Assembly (NCBI GenBank): GCA_012026655.1
Contig: JAAILG010001265.1
Location: forward strand, 1-64,000
Source of the DNA: Hydrolagus affinis
Taxonomy: Eukaryota
Direction: 5' to 3'
DNA: 64,000 bases
A model generated the notes under the pieces. It searched no databases. It was not told where the DNA came from and was given only the letters and a program-made list of their open reading frames with translations. Numbering within the stretch: the first letter of the stretch is position 1; the number at the start of each line of letters is the position of its first letter. A program made the translations under genes and the position numbers. Of this stretch, positions 23,748-37,100 are shown one piece after another.

Positions 23748-23977
23748 GTACTGGCGTGAAACTTCCTTTTCGTATCAAAGTAAATAGTTAACAATCAATA
23801 ACGTATTGATTTTCTTTGACCTATCTGTGCATAATGTAGAACTTACATTAAAAGCTACTGGGATTTGTTTAAACCTGTGATTATTTTAGCAACCATTACT
23901 AATAATTGTTATTGTTTTATGTGCATTGAGGGAATTGACCTGTGTTTTATATAAAATAGTAAAGTTGTTATATAAAT

Positions 23978-23983
23978 AATAAA
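23978..23983 (+). terminator. Candidate polyadenylation signal for KIF18A (AATAAA; alternative ATTAAA at 24054-24059)
   Basis: AATAAA about 400 nt after the stop, followed by T/GT-rich sequence. Confidence 0.5.
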
Positions 23984-24959
23984 AATTTAACAATAGACTT
24001 TATAATTGTTAGAAATGTTTTTGTAAAAATTCAAAATGAATCACAAAGTCACAATTAAATGCATCATTGTACTACTGGATACAGGTGCTTTAGGACGCTA
24101 CCCAACATGAAGGGCGCTTTATAAATAAGTTGTTATTGGATACAGTTGACTTCAAGGTTTGAAATGAAGCAAAAGGTTTTGTACAATGCCATATATGATT
24201 TGTAGCTAAGAAAATGGTGGGGTTCACACCCAATTGCGTTCTAAACAATGCCATGTTATTACAACAACAACAACAACAACTTACACTTATAAAGCGCCTT
24301 TCGCGTCGGGAGGACGTCCCAAGGCGCTGAATTGCAAAGCAATTCAAAAGTATTTTATTATATTTTTACTTCCAATTTTTGTGTGACATTAAAAACATGC
24401 TTGCCTGTTTAAACTCCAATCCACACGTTTTGCCCACAAATATACAGTTAATTTTCCTACTTTCCTTCCCCAACTCTGTAAAGCGCTTTGGGACGTCGAT
24501 AAGATGTGGAAAGCGCTAAATAAACTGAAGAATAACTTATTTACTTACTTACATGCTGCAAAGATTCAATGCAAAGCATTAAATGGCCCTTATATTTCCT
24601 TAGCAACCACACTACCGTCAGTGTGAGGTAGACTTGAACTTTAAAGTCATCTTTAATCATAGGCATAACAATCAACTGCATCATAAAGTTTATTATTTGC
24701 AGTTTTTAGATATCAGTCTCTAGACTCACCGCTGAAAGAACTATGCTGTATTTTTATTTTCTGCCTTTTACTGAGATACACACATTTTGTGTGTTATTCC
24801 TGTGTTATAAAGATAAAGCGCACCTGATAAAACTCATTTTTTAAAAAGATATGTATCATATCAAACTGCTGGTCATAGCAGTTAAGTTTATAGCTATTCT
24901 AGCATTTCTACTTTGCTACTCAATGAAAAATGCTTGAAGAAGAAACTGGAAACCAAACA

Positions 24960-25620
24960 GGCCTTTGTGGAGGTTGATGTGTTTAGCACATTGCTCTGAC
25001 ACTTCTAGGACCCAGCAATGCTTGTCAAGAACCACAAAGGTGTGTTATCATCTCTACCAGTCACATATGATAGGTAGAGACCCAGGTAACCTGCTATGCC
25101 AATCATCACACCTTTCTAGGGTTTCCCAGGCAATGTGCCAATTGTTAGCCCTAGTGGGGAGAATATTACATACCACTCACCAGCATAAGTGGACGCTGAG
25201 GCACAAATTCATCCTTGTCCAAATCGATGAACAATTCACCATTGCCTTCTGTTGCACCACTTTGAGTACATCCTACCTGAGTGAGGTCCAAGGGGCGAAG
25301 GCTAACACCTTCAACCCGCAGTTTGATCTTAAGCAACCTTCTGCAGTCAAAATGTCAGATGTCAACCACCTTGATGCAAGAGTAGCTTCTTCCTGTACTT
25401 TGGAGTTGCTGCCTTGATGGAGTACAGAGAAAAACTTGAGCTTAAAGTAGTGTGGAACAACTTTACTGTGGCCAAATCCGTTGCAATCTTTCGACGATGG
25501 GCTAGGATTCCATGCAAGCTACTTACATCTGTTTCAGACCAACTGCTGGGAGTTGCAGCTGAGCGTGTGATATACTGCACTGCCTGAGCACTGCTAACTC
25601 TCAGCTAAGCAGTGTACCCA
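24960..25620 (-). mobile_element. Decayed non-LTR retrotransposon ORF2 C-terminal fragment, probably L1/Tx1 clade
   Basis: The minus strand gives fragments LCW*VVCNILPTRA and EMITHLC, resembling the zf-RVT region (W...LPxR...ETxxHL..C); multiple stops. Confidence 0.45.
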
Positions 25621-26611
25621 TGACAAAGTGGGTATTCTTTGCTCTGCTAAATTTTTCAAATCACTAGCCTGACAGGGACCCACCCTACTCTGGTTGCAAA
25701 AGTTAACCGGTTTAGTGCCTTTCTATTAACAAACAGTCTTTTGATTAGCTAAATTCTCATTGGTTCATTGGCCAACGACTTGAAGGCGATGTGAGGTCAA
25801 CCCAGCTGACAAAAATATCGGCTTCCAGCTTAAAAAAAAACAACAAACGGGCCTTGACACTTCACAACCAAAATTTCAATTGTACCTGCCAATTCAGTAA
25901 TGTGACTCGTCAGTAAAGGAGGATTCTGCTGGAGAAACAGGATTACTCTACTCTCAATTCTGTTTTTCTTAGAAATCTAATAAATATTTACTTTACCTGT
26001 AACAATCTGCACATAAAGATGCCCAAAGTTCAAAAAGTCACTCCACTTTGAAACCCAATTGTATTGTTTTTTAAAAGAAGACATTATTGTTGGAAGACAT
26101 TTGTGCTGACTAGTTTCACGAAAACCAGACATTCCAAATGACTGCACTTTTAAGCAAGGAGAACTCTTTGGCTTTAACACCTGAGAACCTGGAGTTACAT
26201 TATATTTACTCTGCCCCATTCTCTATGAGAACGCTTGAATGTTTTGTTTAGCAGCTTTGTTGCTAATTCTTTTGATTTTATTTGATGCACCATCTTTACA
26301 ACCACTCAATTTTGGGTCGAATCCAAAATAGACAAATCTTGCAGATGGCTAATGGAGCAATATCTAAAGTTTTATTTTTGAGGGTTACAGAGACAAACAT
26401 TAAAAGTTCTTTGCACCTCTACAGAATGACAGCTGTAGTTTCCAAGAAATCTGTGTGTGTATATATATAATACATCGTTTTCAAAAAGCTTATCTTGAAA
26501 TTTTAACACAAAAAATCTGTCGCCAACTGTTGTTGAAATGATCAAAAAGGTTGATACCCTTTGTACTACCTCAGAAACCCAATTTTGCAGTGCATTTTGT
26601 CACGATTACTA

Positions 26612-26670
26612 CTGTATATTTAAAGACGTACAGTTCTTTATATTTAAAGTCTGTATATTTAAAGACGTAT
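26612..26670. repeat. Short local tandem repeat
   Basis: CTGTATATTTAAAGACGTA twice with a partial TATATTTAAAG between. Confidence 0.8.
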
Positions 26671-26900
26671 CTTTTTCTTGCTTACCGTGAGTTTGAATTC
26701 ATCCATTGCTCTGCTGTGATGCACGGCAAGATTCAACTTCTAATTAAACGTTACAGAAGAGATCAAATACAGTTCCAACGGATTAAATTATCTGCTACAG
26801 CACGTCTTACTCCTGTTTTTACACAATATTACCTAATTTAAGGGATCTTAAGGGGCATGGAGAAGGAAGGTGACCTTGTTCTAAGTTAAAAGATGGGTCT

Positions 26901-27232
26901 TAATAATAATAATAATCCTTGCATTTGATATAGCGCTTTTCACATCTTATCGACATCCCAAAACACTTCACGGAATATACTGTAAAGTGAATTGACTATA
27001 TATTTGTGGGCAATTCGCAGGGGCCAATTGCGCACAGCTGTGTCCCACAAACAGTCGTGGATTAAAATGACCTTTTTTTTATTGTGTTTTATTTTGGAGG
27101 GATTATTATTAGGCGTGTGGAATAAAGAAACTTGCCCAAGGTTTTGCCCTGACCTGCCTGGATTCGAATACAGATCTCCCCAGCTTGGTCTCCCCAGCTT
27201 GCAAGACAAGTGCTCTAACCACTGAGCCACAG
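26901..27232 (-). mobile_element. Full-length SINE, same family
   Basis: Reverse complement aligns with 21622-21944; carries a 14-nt duplication in the head. Confidence 0.9.
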
Positions 27233-27382
27233 ACAGCCTTTAAACAGGGGAGGGACGTAAAGGGGCGGAGGAGTGGGACTGATTAGATAGCCATCAAAGA
27301 GCCAGCACAGACACAATGGGCCGAATGGCTTCCTTCAATGTAATATTCTATGATTCTAAGAAACACTGCAAACTTCAGTGCA

Positions 27383-27581
27383 GTTCTATAGCTCAATGGT
27401 TAGAGCAATCACTTTACAAGCCAATCCACGACTGTTTGTGGGACACCGCTGTGTGCAATTGGCTGCTGCGTTTTGCCCACAAATATACAGTCAATTCACT
27501 TTACAGTATATTCTGTGAAGCGCTTTGAAACTTCTAGAAGATATGAAGAGCACTATATCAGATGCAAGGATTATTATTATT
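27383..27581 (+). mobile_element. Internally deleted SINE, same family (A-box head fused to core and tail)
   Basis: TAGCTCAATGGTTAGAGCA joins almost directly to CAATCCACGACTGTTTGTGGGAC; the B box is missing. Confidence 0.8.
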
Positions 27582-27739
27582 CATCCTACTATTTGTCATT
27601 TAGGTAATCCAAAAACATATCTGTTTCATTTGTGTGTGACCAAATGCATTTTAATATGATCTCCAATTGGATAAATGGTGCAGTTTCATCCAGTAGTCTG
27701 TATGCAAACCCTCATAGTTTGAAAAATCTTTTTTTATTC

Positions 27740-28060
27740 AACAAAATAAATTATTTGAAACAAAACGTTTACACTTGATATAACATTGGAAATTTCAGCA
27801 CAAAAGGAGGCCATTTGGTTCCTAGTGCATGTAATGACAGATCTCCATTGAACTTCCTTCAAATCTGTTTTCTTGCTCTTCTTAAGCCCGTTTTTGTTCT
27901 TCAAGTGTATATCTAATTCACTTTTAAAGTGTTCAGCTTCAATAGTTACTTGTAGTGACATGTTTGACAACCAAACATCCCATTGTGCAGAAATATGTCT
28001 TCCAATCCCTCCCTTTATTGCTTCCAGTAATAATTTTAGTTTTGATGTAGGAGTTTATAA
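27740..28060 (-). mobile_element. CR1-clade LINE 3' fragment
   Basis: The minus strand reads VTIEAEHFKSELDIHLKNK, like the CR1 ORF2 end FKxxLD, followed by a tail. Confidence 0.6.
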
Positions 28061-29261
28061 TTTTTCATGTTCTGTGAATAGCTTTGAGACGTGTAGAAGA
28101 CGTGGAAAGCGCTATATCAAATGCAAGGATTATTACTATTAACAAGTTACCTGATGTGGCTGAGGAAACTTCAGACGGCATTGAACGGTCTGGAGTTCAG
28201 ACTTACTGAACATTTGGGTACAATATGTTTGGTGGTGGTATTTGGCTCGGGAAGAAGTTACTGCCAGAGTTGATAGATTTCTCAGTTCATAATGTTTCCT
28301 GTTGTGGCAAAGCAACAGTTTTCACTTGGACTCACATGCTCACCAACAAAAAGTTTATTTCCACACCAATAAACCAGGCAGTAGTGGAAATCATTAACAG
28401 GCAGTGCAGCAAGTCAAGTCCAGTCATTCATCTTATTCACAAGCTTCCTTGTCAATAACATTTTATTTAAGGCCAAGCGTATCCCTAGAGTTAGAATGAC
28501 ATAGCTGATGCAATCCTTTGTTTCTAGTCAGTTTACTTCAAAATATTGCACCAGCATCAGACTCCCAAACTCACAGTGACGTCGGAGAAACTGAGAAAAC
28601 AGCAGCCTCTGTCTTTGGTAGAACAGTGCACGATTCCTCAGTCCCCAAACACACGCACGCTTTAGTTTATTTTAAAATTGCTGCAGATGTTATCGAATGA
28701 ATTTTTTTTAAGTTGCGCTTTTACAGCCATTAATTCTTGGGAATAGTATTGCCACCGCACAAACGGAATCATATTTCGCAGATCCACTGTTGAATTTCCA
28801 AGTACCATTTATTAGCTCCAAGAGTAAAACTTTGGGATTTGAAAAACACGCAATTGCCTGCATTCTTAGAAAAGGGGCTTGGTTAAAGGGAATTCAAAAC
28901 AGAATAGTTGAAAACTCACGAGTGACATATCTGCTCTCGTGTCAACAACAGACTCTTTCGAAATGGTTTTCCATTTGAATCTCCTCCCGAAGAGGTTTGG
29001 AGGAAGCTAGGCGAAACGGCAACAAGTGCCTGTAACTGATTCACTCGAGAGAAAAAAAATCAACAAGTCTTTAGAAATGATTACTCATTTAAATACCCTG
29101 CCTCCTCCTCTTTGCAATATTTTCCGATACGATCATGATTCTGCATTCCATTTTACTCTGCCATCTGGGTGGTACTGGATGTATTTGCCTGAAATTATTT
29201 TCCAAAAACATGGAAAAGCTTTTGCTTTCGTTGATGAGCTGGAGTTTGCCACAAATTGCGT

Positions 29262-29287
29262 ACACACACACACACACACACACACAA
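29262..29287. repeat. (CA)n microsatellite
   Basis: Seen directly. Confidence 0.95.
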
Positions 29288-32200
29288 AGAATTCCAGCAA
29301 CGTTTACTACAATCACCATTGACTCACCTTCCCAAGAAATCAACAATCACACTCCCAAACACAATTTCCTCCCAGTTAGCTTGGATTACATTCCCCCTTC
29401 ATTTCAAATTCTCCCCCGAATTTCAAATGAATTGGCTATTCATCTCATTGTTGGTTTTAGGACACTGCTAAGCAAATTAGCTGCTGTGCTTACCTGCGTC
29501 AAATTCACTTCATTTCTGATTAACCTCATTCTTTTAAGCCCTTCAGGATGTCTCCTTTACATGAAAGGCGGTACATTAACGTCAAGCGTTGTTGTAAAGA
29601 GCAATAATGATGGCTGTTATTTAATTCTCATTCATTGATAATTTGGTCACCCAATCCACGACTGTTTATGGGACGCCCAATATTTTACTATGTGTTTCTT
29701 TGCTAAAACCTGTATCATATAACAACAACAACTTGGATTTATATAGCGCCCTCCACGCAGGATGGCGTCTCGGAGCACTGTGTAGCCAATATTACACCAC
29801 CACGGGTAGCAGAACCCATCATGGTTTTAAGAAAGGAACTAGACAAATATCTGAAAAGAAAAAAACTATTAAATGAAATGGGGAAAGGTTGATACAGTGG
29901 CTTTCAGGTAGAGAGCCAGCAGGGGTATAATAGGCTGACTGGCCTTCTGCTGTGCTGAAAACCTCTGATTCTATCACCTCCTTGACATTTTCCAGGCCCT
30001 CTGAACAGACCATGACCCCACCCCCAATGTTAAAGATCTAGGCACAGGGGAGGGCGGGTGGGAAGAGGACATAAACAGTGCCAGTGCCAGCATCTGTCTT
30101 CAGTTAGTGATTATGTTGCAGCCCAGCCCGAAAACATAGAGCCATGGCTTTCAAAATCATTTTACTTTTGCACAGCAGGAACTCAAATAGGAAAAGTAAC
30201 CCTCAGCCCATGTGTTGGTATCATTGTCTTAAAGGCCTGCTGTATTTTAATCAAATCATCTGATTTGATAATGCAGGATTTGTTTTCAAATCTCAATGCT
30301 CCATCAGTACAGTTTTGTACAATTTGTTACTCATACTAAGTTTATACGATTAGAAATCGGGACATCTTGGACTCTGTAAAAACTAGCTTTACCGGCAAAT
30401 GCGAACCACTCATGTAAAGATTATAAATACCGCAAGTAAAATGCACGATATTGACACTTCTGGCAATGTACTGTACAACAACAACAAAATTACATTGATA
30501 TATATACTGCATTCTTCTAACACTGATATGTTAATATTGTTGGTATTTGCTGCAGGGAAACTGCAAAAACAGTCATGCTATTTAATTAAAACTATAAGTA
30601 TGAGTGTACATGTATGTGTTTTTATTTAAAAAAATGCTTAATAATGGATACCCTGTGACATCAATACACTTGAGTTGTTTCTTGTTGATGGTAGTAATAA
30701 TAAATGGTGGTTTATGGGAATGTGCATAGTGGGATAATCAAACACAGCACGGGACATGATGTTTCTCTGAAATGGAAAAAAGAACCGACTGAAATTGGAT
30801 ATCAAAGAATATTCTGCAGTTATTTATTGACTTAGGTGATCAGGGTGTACGCTTACAGAGCTTGTCCTCAGGCTATTCAATTTTTGCCAAATCTCAAACG
30901 GACATAACCATCTGACAGAACTGCCTAATGAAATTGTTTTAACTAGGAAGTAAAATACAGACCAAATACATGGTCATTAAACATTGCCCAATAAAATGGC
31001 GTGAAGCTCTGTGACATATATCGAACAACAAGGATTATCGTTGTTACATGTCAACCAAACTGGATTTCCTCGTATTGTTGAAATCAAACTAACTGAACCT
31101 TACAGTGAGCCTTTCAGCTGTGTGTGGGTACGTGTTCTTTTATGGCATAAACAAAACACGGCTCGCAAATTATCACAACTACTCAGGAAACGAGCATGGC
31201 ATTGAATCTGATCCTTGAGATTTTCAGTTAGTTCAGGAAGTTTATTATAGGTCTGGATCTGGTAGCTTTTTGCCACTGTCATTTGCACACAAGCATAAAG
31301 CTTACATCCCCTTTCAACAGACTAAAAAGTATGCTCTTGCTCTATCAGTGTCTCAAGCAACAACTTTTTCAGGAACACAGTACATTTTACTAAGTTTCAA
31401 TTTGAATACATTAATTGTGAATGTGATATGAAATGCACATGGGTCTTATGCTAAGACGGCGGAGGGCAATAAAAGATGGGGAGTGGGAGTGAGAACTGGA
31501 AAGTGGGATACATTAAAAAAAGACAATTTGAAGGAAACAGCCAGCAACGGGGCAGATATGATAGACAGAATGGTGTTCTTCTGAGCAGAAAATTTCAATG
31601 TTTCAATATCTTAGCCTCTGTGGGCCGCACTGTTATTTTTTTGTAAGTGCCTCCTGCTGATGTATTGATGGAGTGAGTAGAAGTAAAGAAACTGCGCAGA
31701 GCTGCAGCTAAGCAAGCCATTCTGCTTTGTACTGTAAAAAAAAATCTCAGTAGAGGGCCCATGGGCGAGCTTCATATGGAAGAACCGATGAACAGGGGTA
31801 TCATTCGAAATGCAGTAACGGGGTAACTAAACCATTCAAATGAACAAATGAAAACTTTAAATGTCTATTAACAATAGAAATTTAGTGTCAAATAGATGAC
31901 TTGTATAACACAATGGGGCGAAGGGGGGAAATAAAAATGTGCTGTTTATGCTGCAACTTTCCAGTTTAAATGTATGAAAATCTGGCTCCTGCATTTGCAT
32001 CTTTCCTCAAAACATTTCAGGGATACAGTGCCAACTGCTAAATGGCTGAATGAAAACAGAAAATGGGGGTAAATAAAACCCTCCAGAAGATCTGAAATGA
32101 TTCAGCCTGGTGATAAAATCGAAGACATAAAAGAATGTTGATATTGTGTGTACCAAACCAAAGCATAACGATTATTCGATAAAGTGCCTTATTGTGTTGT

Positions 32201-34796
32201 CGAAACATTAACAAAGAACAGAGAAGTTACTCTAAAGCGTAGTGACTACATTTGTAGGCAAACCCAGCAGCCAATTTGTGCACAACAGTAAACAAACAGC
32301 CATGAAGTGAACGACCAATTTTATTTGGGCCAAGACACCAGGAGAAAGTCTGTCTCTTTTTGGTACATATAACATCCACCTGACCAGGCATAGATGTTGC
32401 CTCAGTTTTATGTCTCATCAGAACGATGGCTCTTTTGAAAATAATAATAATAATCCTTGCATTTGATATAGCACTTTTCACATCTTATCGACGTCTCAAA
32501 GCGCTTCACAGAACATACTGTAAAGTGAATTGACTGTATATTTGTGGGCAAAAATGCAACACATGCCCCAACATAGGGCTTTGAACCCACAATCTTCTGA
32601 GTAAGAGCCATGAGTGCTGCTAACTGAGCAATAGTGACATTTAAATAACAAACCATTGAACGAATGGTTTCCTTTTTTATATATGTTTTATGTTAAATGC
32701 CTTGCATAGAAGAACATGGATTCCTAAATTTTAACATAGACATAGACAGTGATTTGTAAGATATTTAACCAAGCTAAATTGTGTGCTTCTGGTTACAATA
32801 ACAATACAACTATATCATTGCAGCTTACTTACTTTTAAAAAGCTCTAATATAAGAGTTATATCAGAAATTTGAACCATTTTCATCTTCCTGTGCCAATAA
32901 AATCTACTCTGGCAAAACTATTTGTAAAAGACTCCAGAGGGTAAATCTATATCTGTGAAAAGCATTTGGCAGATAGACAAAAAGACAAATGCATTCCCAA
33001 TACCCAAATCCAAACGAGTTGTTCAACTTCTTGTATAAGGCTTGCAAGAATATTCTCCAAAATATTTAGCTTCTTACAGTAAAATAAGTGAATGATTGGA
33101 GACCAAATTAGATAATGTACTCCTATCAATTGAAAACCTGGAACTGAGATTGACAGTTTTTTTTAAAAGCTAGAGGGATTAAGGGATATTTAGGGAGAGT
33201 AAATGGAATTAGGATAGAAGATCAGCCATGATCTTTTTAAATGGCGGGACAAGCTCGAGAGGCCAAATGATCGACTCCTGCCCCAACTTCTCATGTTGTT
33301 ATGTTCTTATTACTCTTGTTCAGTATGATATGAAGATTTTTCTGGAGTCTTTTCTGATATCTGTTAAATATCCTTAACTGAACAGGAAACTACTTTTACC
33401 ATGATGGTAATCTTCAAAGTGGATGTTTGCTTCTGATAACGGTAGTTTTTTAAAAATTCATCCCAACTGTGCAATTTTGATGGAATCTTTGCTCCAATAA
33501 CATTACAGAACCATCCCTTACTTGGCACTACGTGTAATATTCTGGGAATTCTAATCACAGCAGCACAGCAGTTATCAGTAGGGTTGCAATTCAAGCGGTT
33601 TCTTGACTTCAAATATAGCTCCGACATGGAGTGCCATGGAGAAAAAAAAGGTGTTTCCCTAAAGATATACAGAGAGTAAAAGGTGAAGTCTTGACCCCCT
33701 AGTGCCACCAATATGTTAGTGAGAGTTTATGCCTGATGCTATTTTGAGCTCACGTCCAGCTGCAGAAAAGTAAATTGGTCTCTGTAGCTCAGGCCTATCC
33801 ATTAGTGTTTCCTGAAATGAAGTGAGACAGAAAAACTATAAACTAAAAAAAATTCCTTAACAACCTTTCATTTTCTTTCCCCAAATAACTTCCTTACATT
33901 GGTGTAAATTTCATTTAGGTAAATTCCTGTGAATGGTCTGAGCTTACACCAAACAAATTGTACATATTCTCTGTACCAGGGACAATATTAACTGTAAGCT
34001 CTGGAGCACTGTGATTGTGACCGCATGCACTGCATCGATTAGCAAATGACGAGTGCACAGGCAACCTTTAGTCCTTGTGTAATATCTCTGGGAGTTTTGT
34101 TTCTCAGGAGTGGCAGAAAAATTACACTAGGGGCTATGGTGTGTCATGTATAAACTATTTGTAAACCATTTGCATTACATCTACATATGGGCCAAAACCA
34201 TGCGTACAGAGCGAATTATAGGTGCTCTTTGTGATGCAAAATAAATAATGACTGAAAAGGATTTTACATATGAAATTAACAGCTAAACATTTTCAATGGA
34301 TGTTCATTACACAAATAAGGGCATTTGCAATTTCCTACATTTATGATTTAATACAGGGCACATAATAGATTCTATCACCTGTTTTATTTCATCTTTAAAT
34401 TTACCTTATAGTTATTCACCATTGAGCAATCCTGACTATCCTACATTCCCAGGTGAAAAGAAGATTCTGTGCATATGTTTCAGTACCAACTGTGTCTTAA
34501 CATATAATTTTTTTTAAAACAAGGAATCAAATCATCAAGTATCTATTAATTATGTTGAGGGTTTTTCCTCTTCACTGGTGATACATGTAACAGACTGGAA
34601 ACTGATATATAATGACCACCTTTGGGACTGACTATTGTTGGTGTATATATATACTGTACAGTACAGACTTTGTATCTTTCCATGTATAAATTATACGTTT
34701 GTTTTTTAAAAACCTGACCCCAATTGCAAGGGAGGGGACATGAAACAGGCCATTGCCCACTGAGTGGAGTGAGCCATCATAAGCCATATCGTTACA

Positions 34797-35509
34797 GGAG
34801 AAGATAACTGATGAGAGGGCTAGTTTCAATGAAAAGTGCTCCCGCTTCTCTAATCACAGTATAATGGACTTAGTCCACACAAAAACTGCCTTGTGCGAGA
34901 TATATAAAATATTATATAATATGCCCTCTTCCACCTTCAGCTGGTAAGCCTTAAACTGACATCAGATGCAGGGTTTTTGGTGAGCAATTTCAGGAGAAAT
35001 TATGTACCGAATGTCAAACTTAGCCCAGAAACATCAGTGCCAGCTGAGGACTGCTGTGTAATCGACTCATTCAAGTTTCCCGCCTTGAATGCTCTTGATT
35101 GTCACCAGGTCAGGAGAGGATGTTCATCCACATTACCTCTTGTAGATATTCTCTCATAAAACCCACAGGCTAATGACAGGCTGTGGAGTTTCCCCACTGG
35201 GTGTCAAGACCCCAAAAGATCCGTCTCCGCAGGAAAGAGAATAAATTACATTTTGCGTATCTTCTACAAGGAAGGAGATTCTTTTAATAATGTTGTTTTT
35301 CAAACCGTACTTGGATCGAGTGTTTTACTTTGATAGTATGTTCATCCTTTATACTGTACTTATACTTTCATAAGGTAAAAAACTCAAGTAGGTCATTAAA
35401 GGAGAAGGTAACTGGTGAGCGGTTCAATGAAAAATGCTGAACCTCCCCTAATCATAGTATGATGGACATAGCCAAAAAAGATATGATATAATATGCCCTC
35501 CTCCACCTT
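34797..35509. repeat. Diverged direct repeat pair (34797-34937 and 35401-35509)
   Basis: Collinear shared blocks: GGAGAAGRTAACTGRTGAG, TTCAATGAAAARTGCT, CTAATCAYAGTATRATGGAC, ATATAATATGCCCTCYTCCACCTT. Confidence 0.8.
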
Positions 35510-35699
35510 TTACATAATTAATGGGCATTCCCATGGTAAATTTGAAAACGTACAAGTTAATCACTATAAGCGCCTAGCAAAATTCTCTCTGTTGAGAGAA
35601 TCACAAGAGGTATGAATGAGGATGTTGTTTAGCTCATTTAATCGGTTCCCTCCAGAATAGACATCTAAGTTCCATAGCTGGTTGTTACATGAGTCTAGT

Positions 35700-35950
35700 A
35701 CCCTGACATAAACCATCAATCCTGGTAAAATAATCCAGTTGTTGATTACCTGGTTACTGCCCTGGAAACTGAGGATCAGCCTCGATGCACCTCCTGTAGC
35801 AGTCCCTATTTTTTTTGTCTTCTGGTGATTGATTCTATTCATTTTCCAGTTGTTGAGGTCACTCCAGTTAAAGGTCTGTCTCCCTTTCCTGAATGTAGGA
35901 ACCACATTTGTGCGATGATGTACAAACTTTCTCGTGATTTGCTCACTGTG
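35700..35950 (-). mobile_element. Decayed CR1 reverse-transcriptase fragment
   Basis: Minus strand NVVPTFRKGDR...TSTTGK..ESI, matching the CR1 motif NVxPIFKKG...LTSxxGKxxESI. Confidence 0.55.
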
Positions 35951-36779
35951 CAGTTTGAAAAAACAAAGTATTTTACATTCCTAATTTCCATCTAACTCTA
36001 TCTAACTTCCTGGAAAAGAAAAAAAAAGGTTGGGAGAAACACACTGAGGACATTTTGGGGTAGCAGTCATTCATTTTTGTGAGGAGTTCACACATGATCG
36101 CCTACATTTGGTTGAGGAGCCCTCACTCGGACATGTGCCGTGAACCACAAATGGAAACAGGTTCCTATTATGCACAGTGAAATGTATATGTTCAAGGATC
36201 CAGTCACTTCAGAAAACTTTATACCAATCTGCATGCCTGTGAATAGCGATTTCTATTGATGTGTCATAGGTCAACTTTCAGTTCTCCCACCTTTCACTCA
36301 CACTGACATTTAAGTTTTGATTCTTCTGTGTGATTTTTAAAATGAATTGTCATTTGTGGACCATGTGCAAAAGTAAGTGAATACACTACATTTCTGGAAC
36401 GAACTGATAGAAAATAAGAGATTTTAAGTGATTCATCAACCACAAAAAAAGGAACAAACAGTTTTGTTTCCCTCGGAGGGTCCATCAGATACAAGGGGAC
36501 ATAACTTTAAAATCCACACAGCATTGAACTAGATCCATCTGTACATTTCCAGCTCTGAATCCTAATCATCTTTGCACTTGCATTTGATATAGTGCCTTAT
36601 GACATTGTTGAGACGTCTCGAAGCGCTTCGCGGAATACACTGTAAAGTGAATTGACCGAATCTCCTTCAGAAATGGACACTCCATTCGGCCGTTTATTTT
36701 GTTTAGTTAGATGTTAATCAATGCATTCATTGGTTCATCTGCAAATTTGTTCCACGTGTCGCTTACACTGGGATGAAAA

Positions 36780-37100
36780 TATTCCTTCCACTTTCCAATC
36801 TGGCTGGAGGCTCACTCATGTTGTCATATAGATGTGGGCTAAATAACTTGGAATCCTCTCAGCATTTCCAAAAATGGCACCGTGTTTCCTTCCAAACTTC
36901 TATTCAAATCAATTTCATTTCTGCGAGTGTCTCATTAAAAGTTAAACTCCGAAATATTATTGCGTTTCTCTGACCTCCCACTCTAACTCCGCAATACCCT
37001 TTTGAAGGTAGGGTGCCAAAATTGCACACAATATTCAAAATATAGCCTCAGCAAAGATCTATTAAGGGTAAAATAATGTGTGTTGACTCATAGTGCAATG
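36780..37100 (-). mobile_element. Decayed CR1 ORF2 fragment
   Basis: Minus strand RSLLRLYFEYCVQF, cf. CR1 LVRPHLEYCVQFW; a similar + strand remnant at about 8270-8500. Confidence 0.6.

Noticed and set aside
24965-25417. 150-aa plus-strand ORF
   Set aside because: Appears to be the antisense reading of a decayed LINE fragment.
26940-27230. Recurring similar ORFs (MTIYLWA..., ...[11 protein letters not shown]) at 21646, 26940, 26992, 45572, 48509 and elsewhere that look like a peptide family
   Set aside because: They are translations of copies of one non-coding SINE family.
29135-29638. Longest ORF in the track (167 aa)
   Set aside because: Runs through a (CA)n microsatellite and a DeuSINE remnant; no recognisable domain or exon structure.
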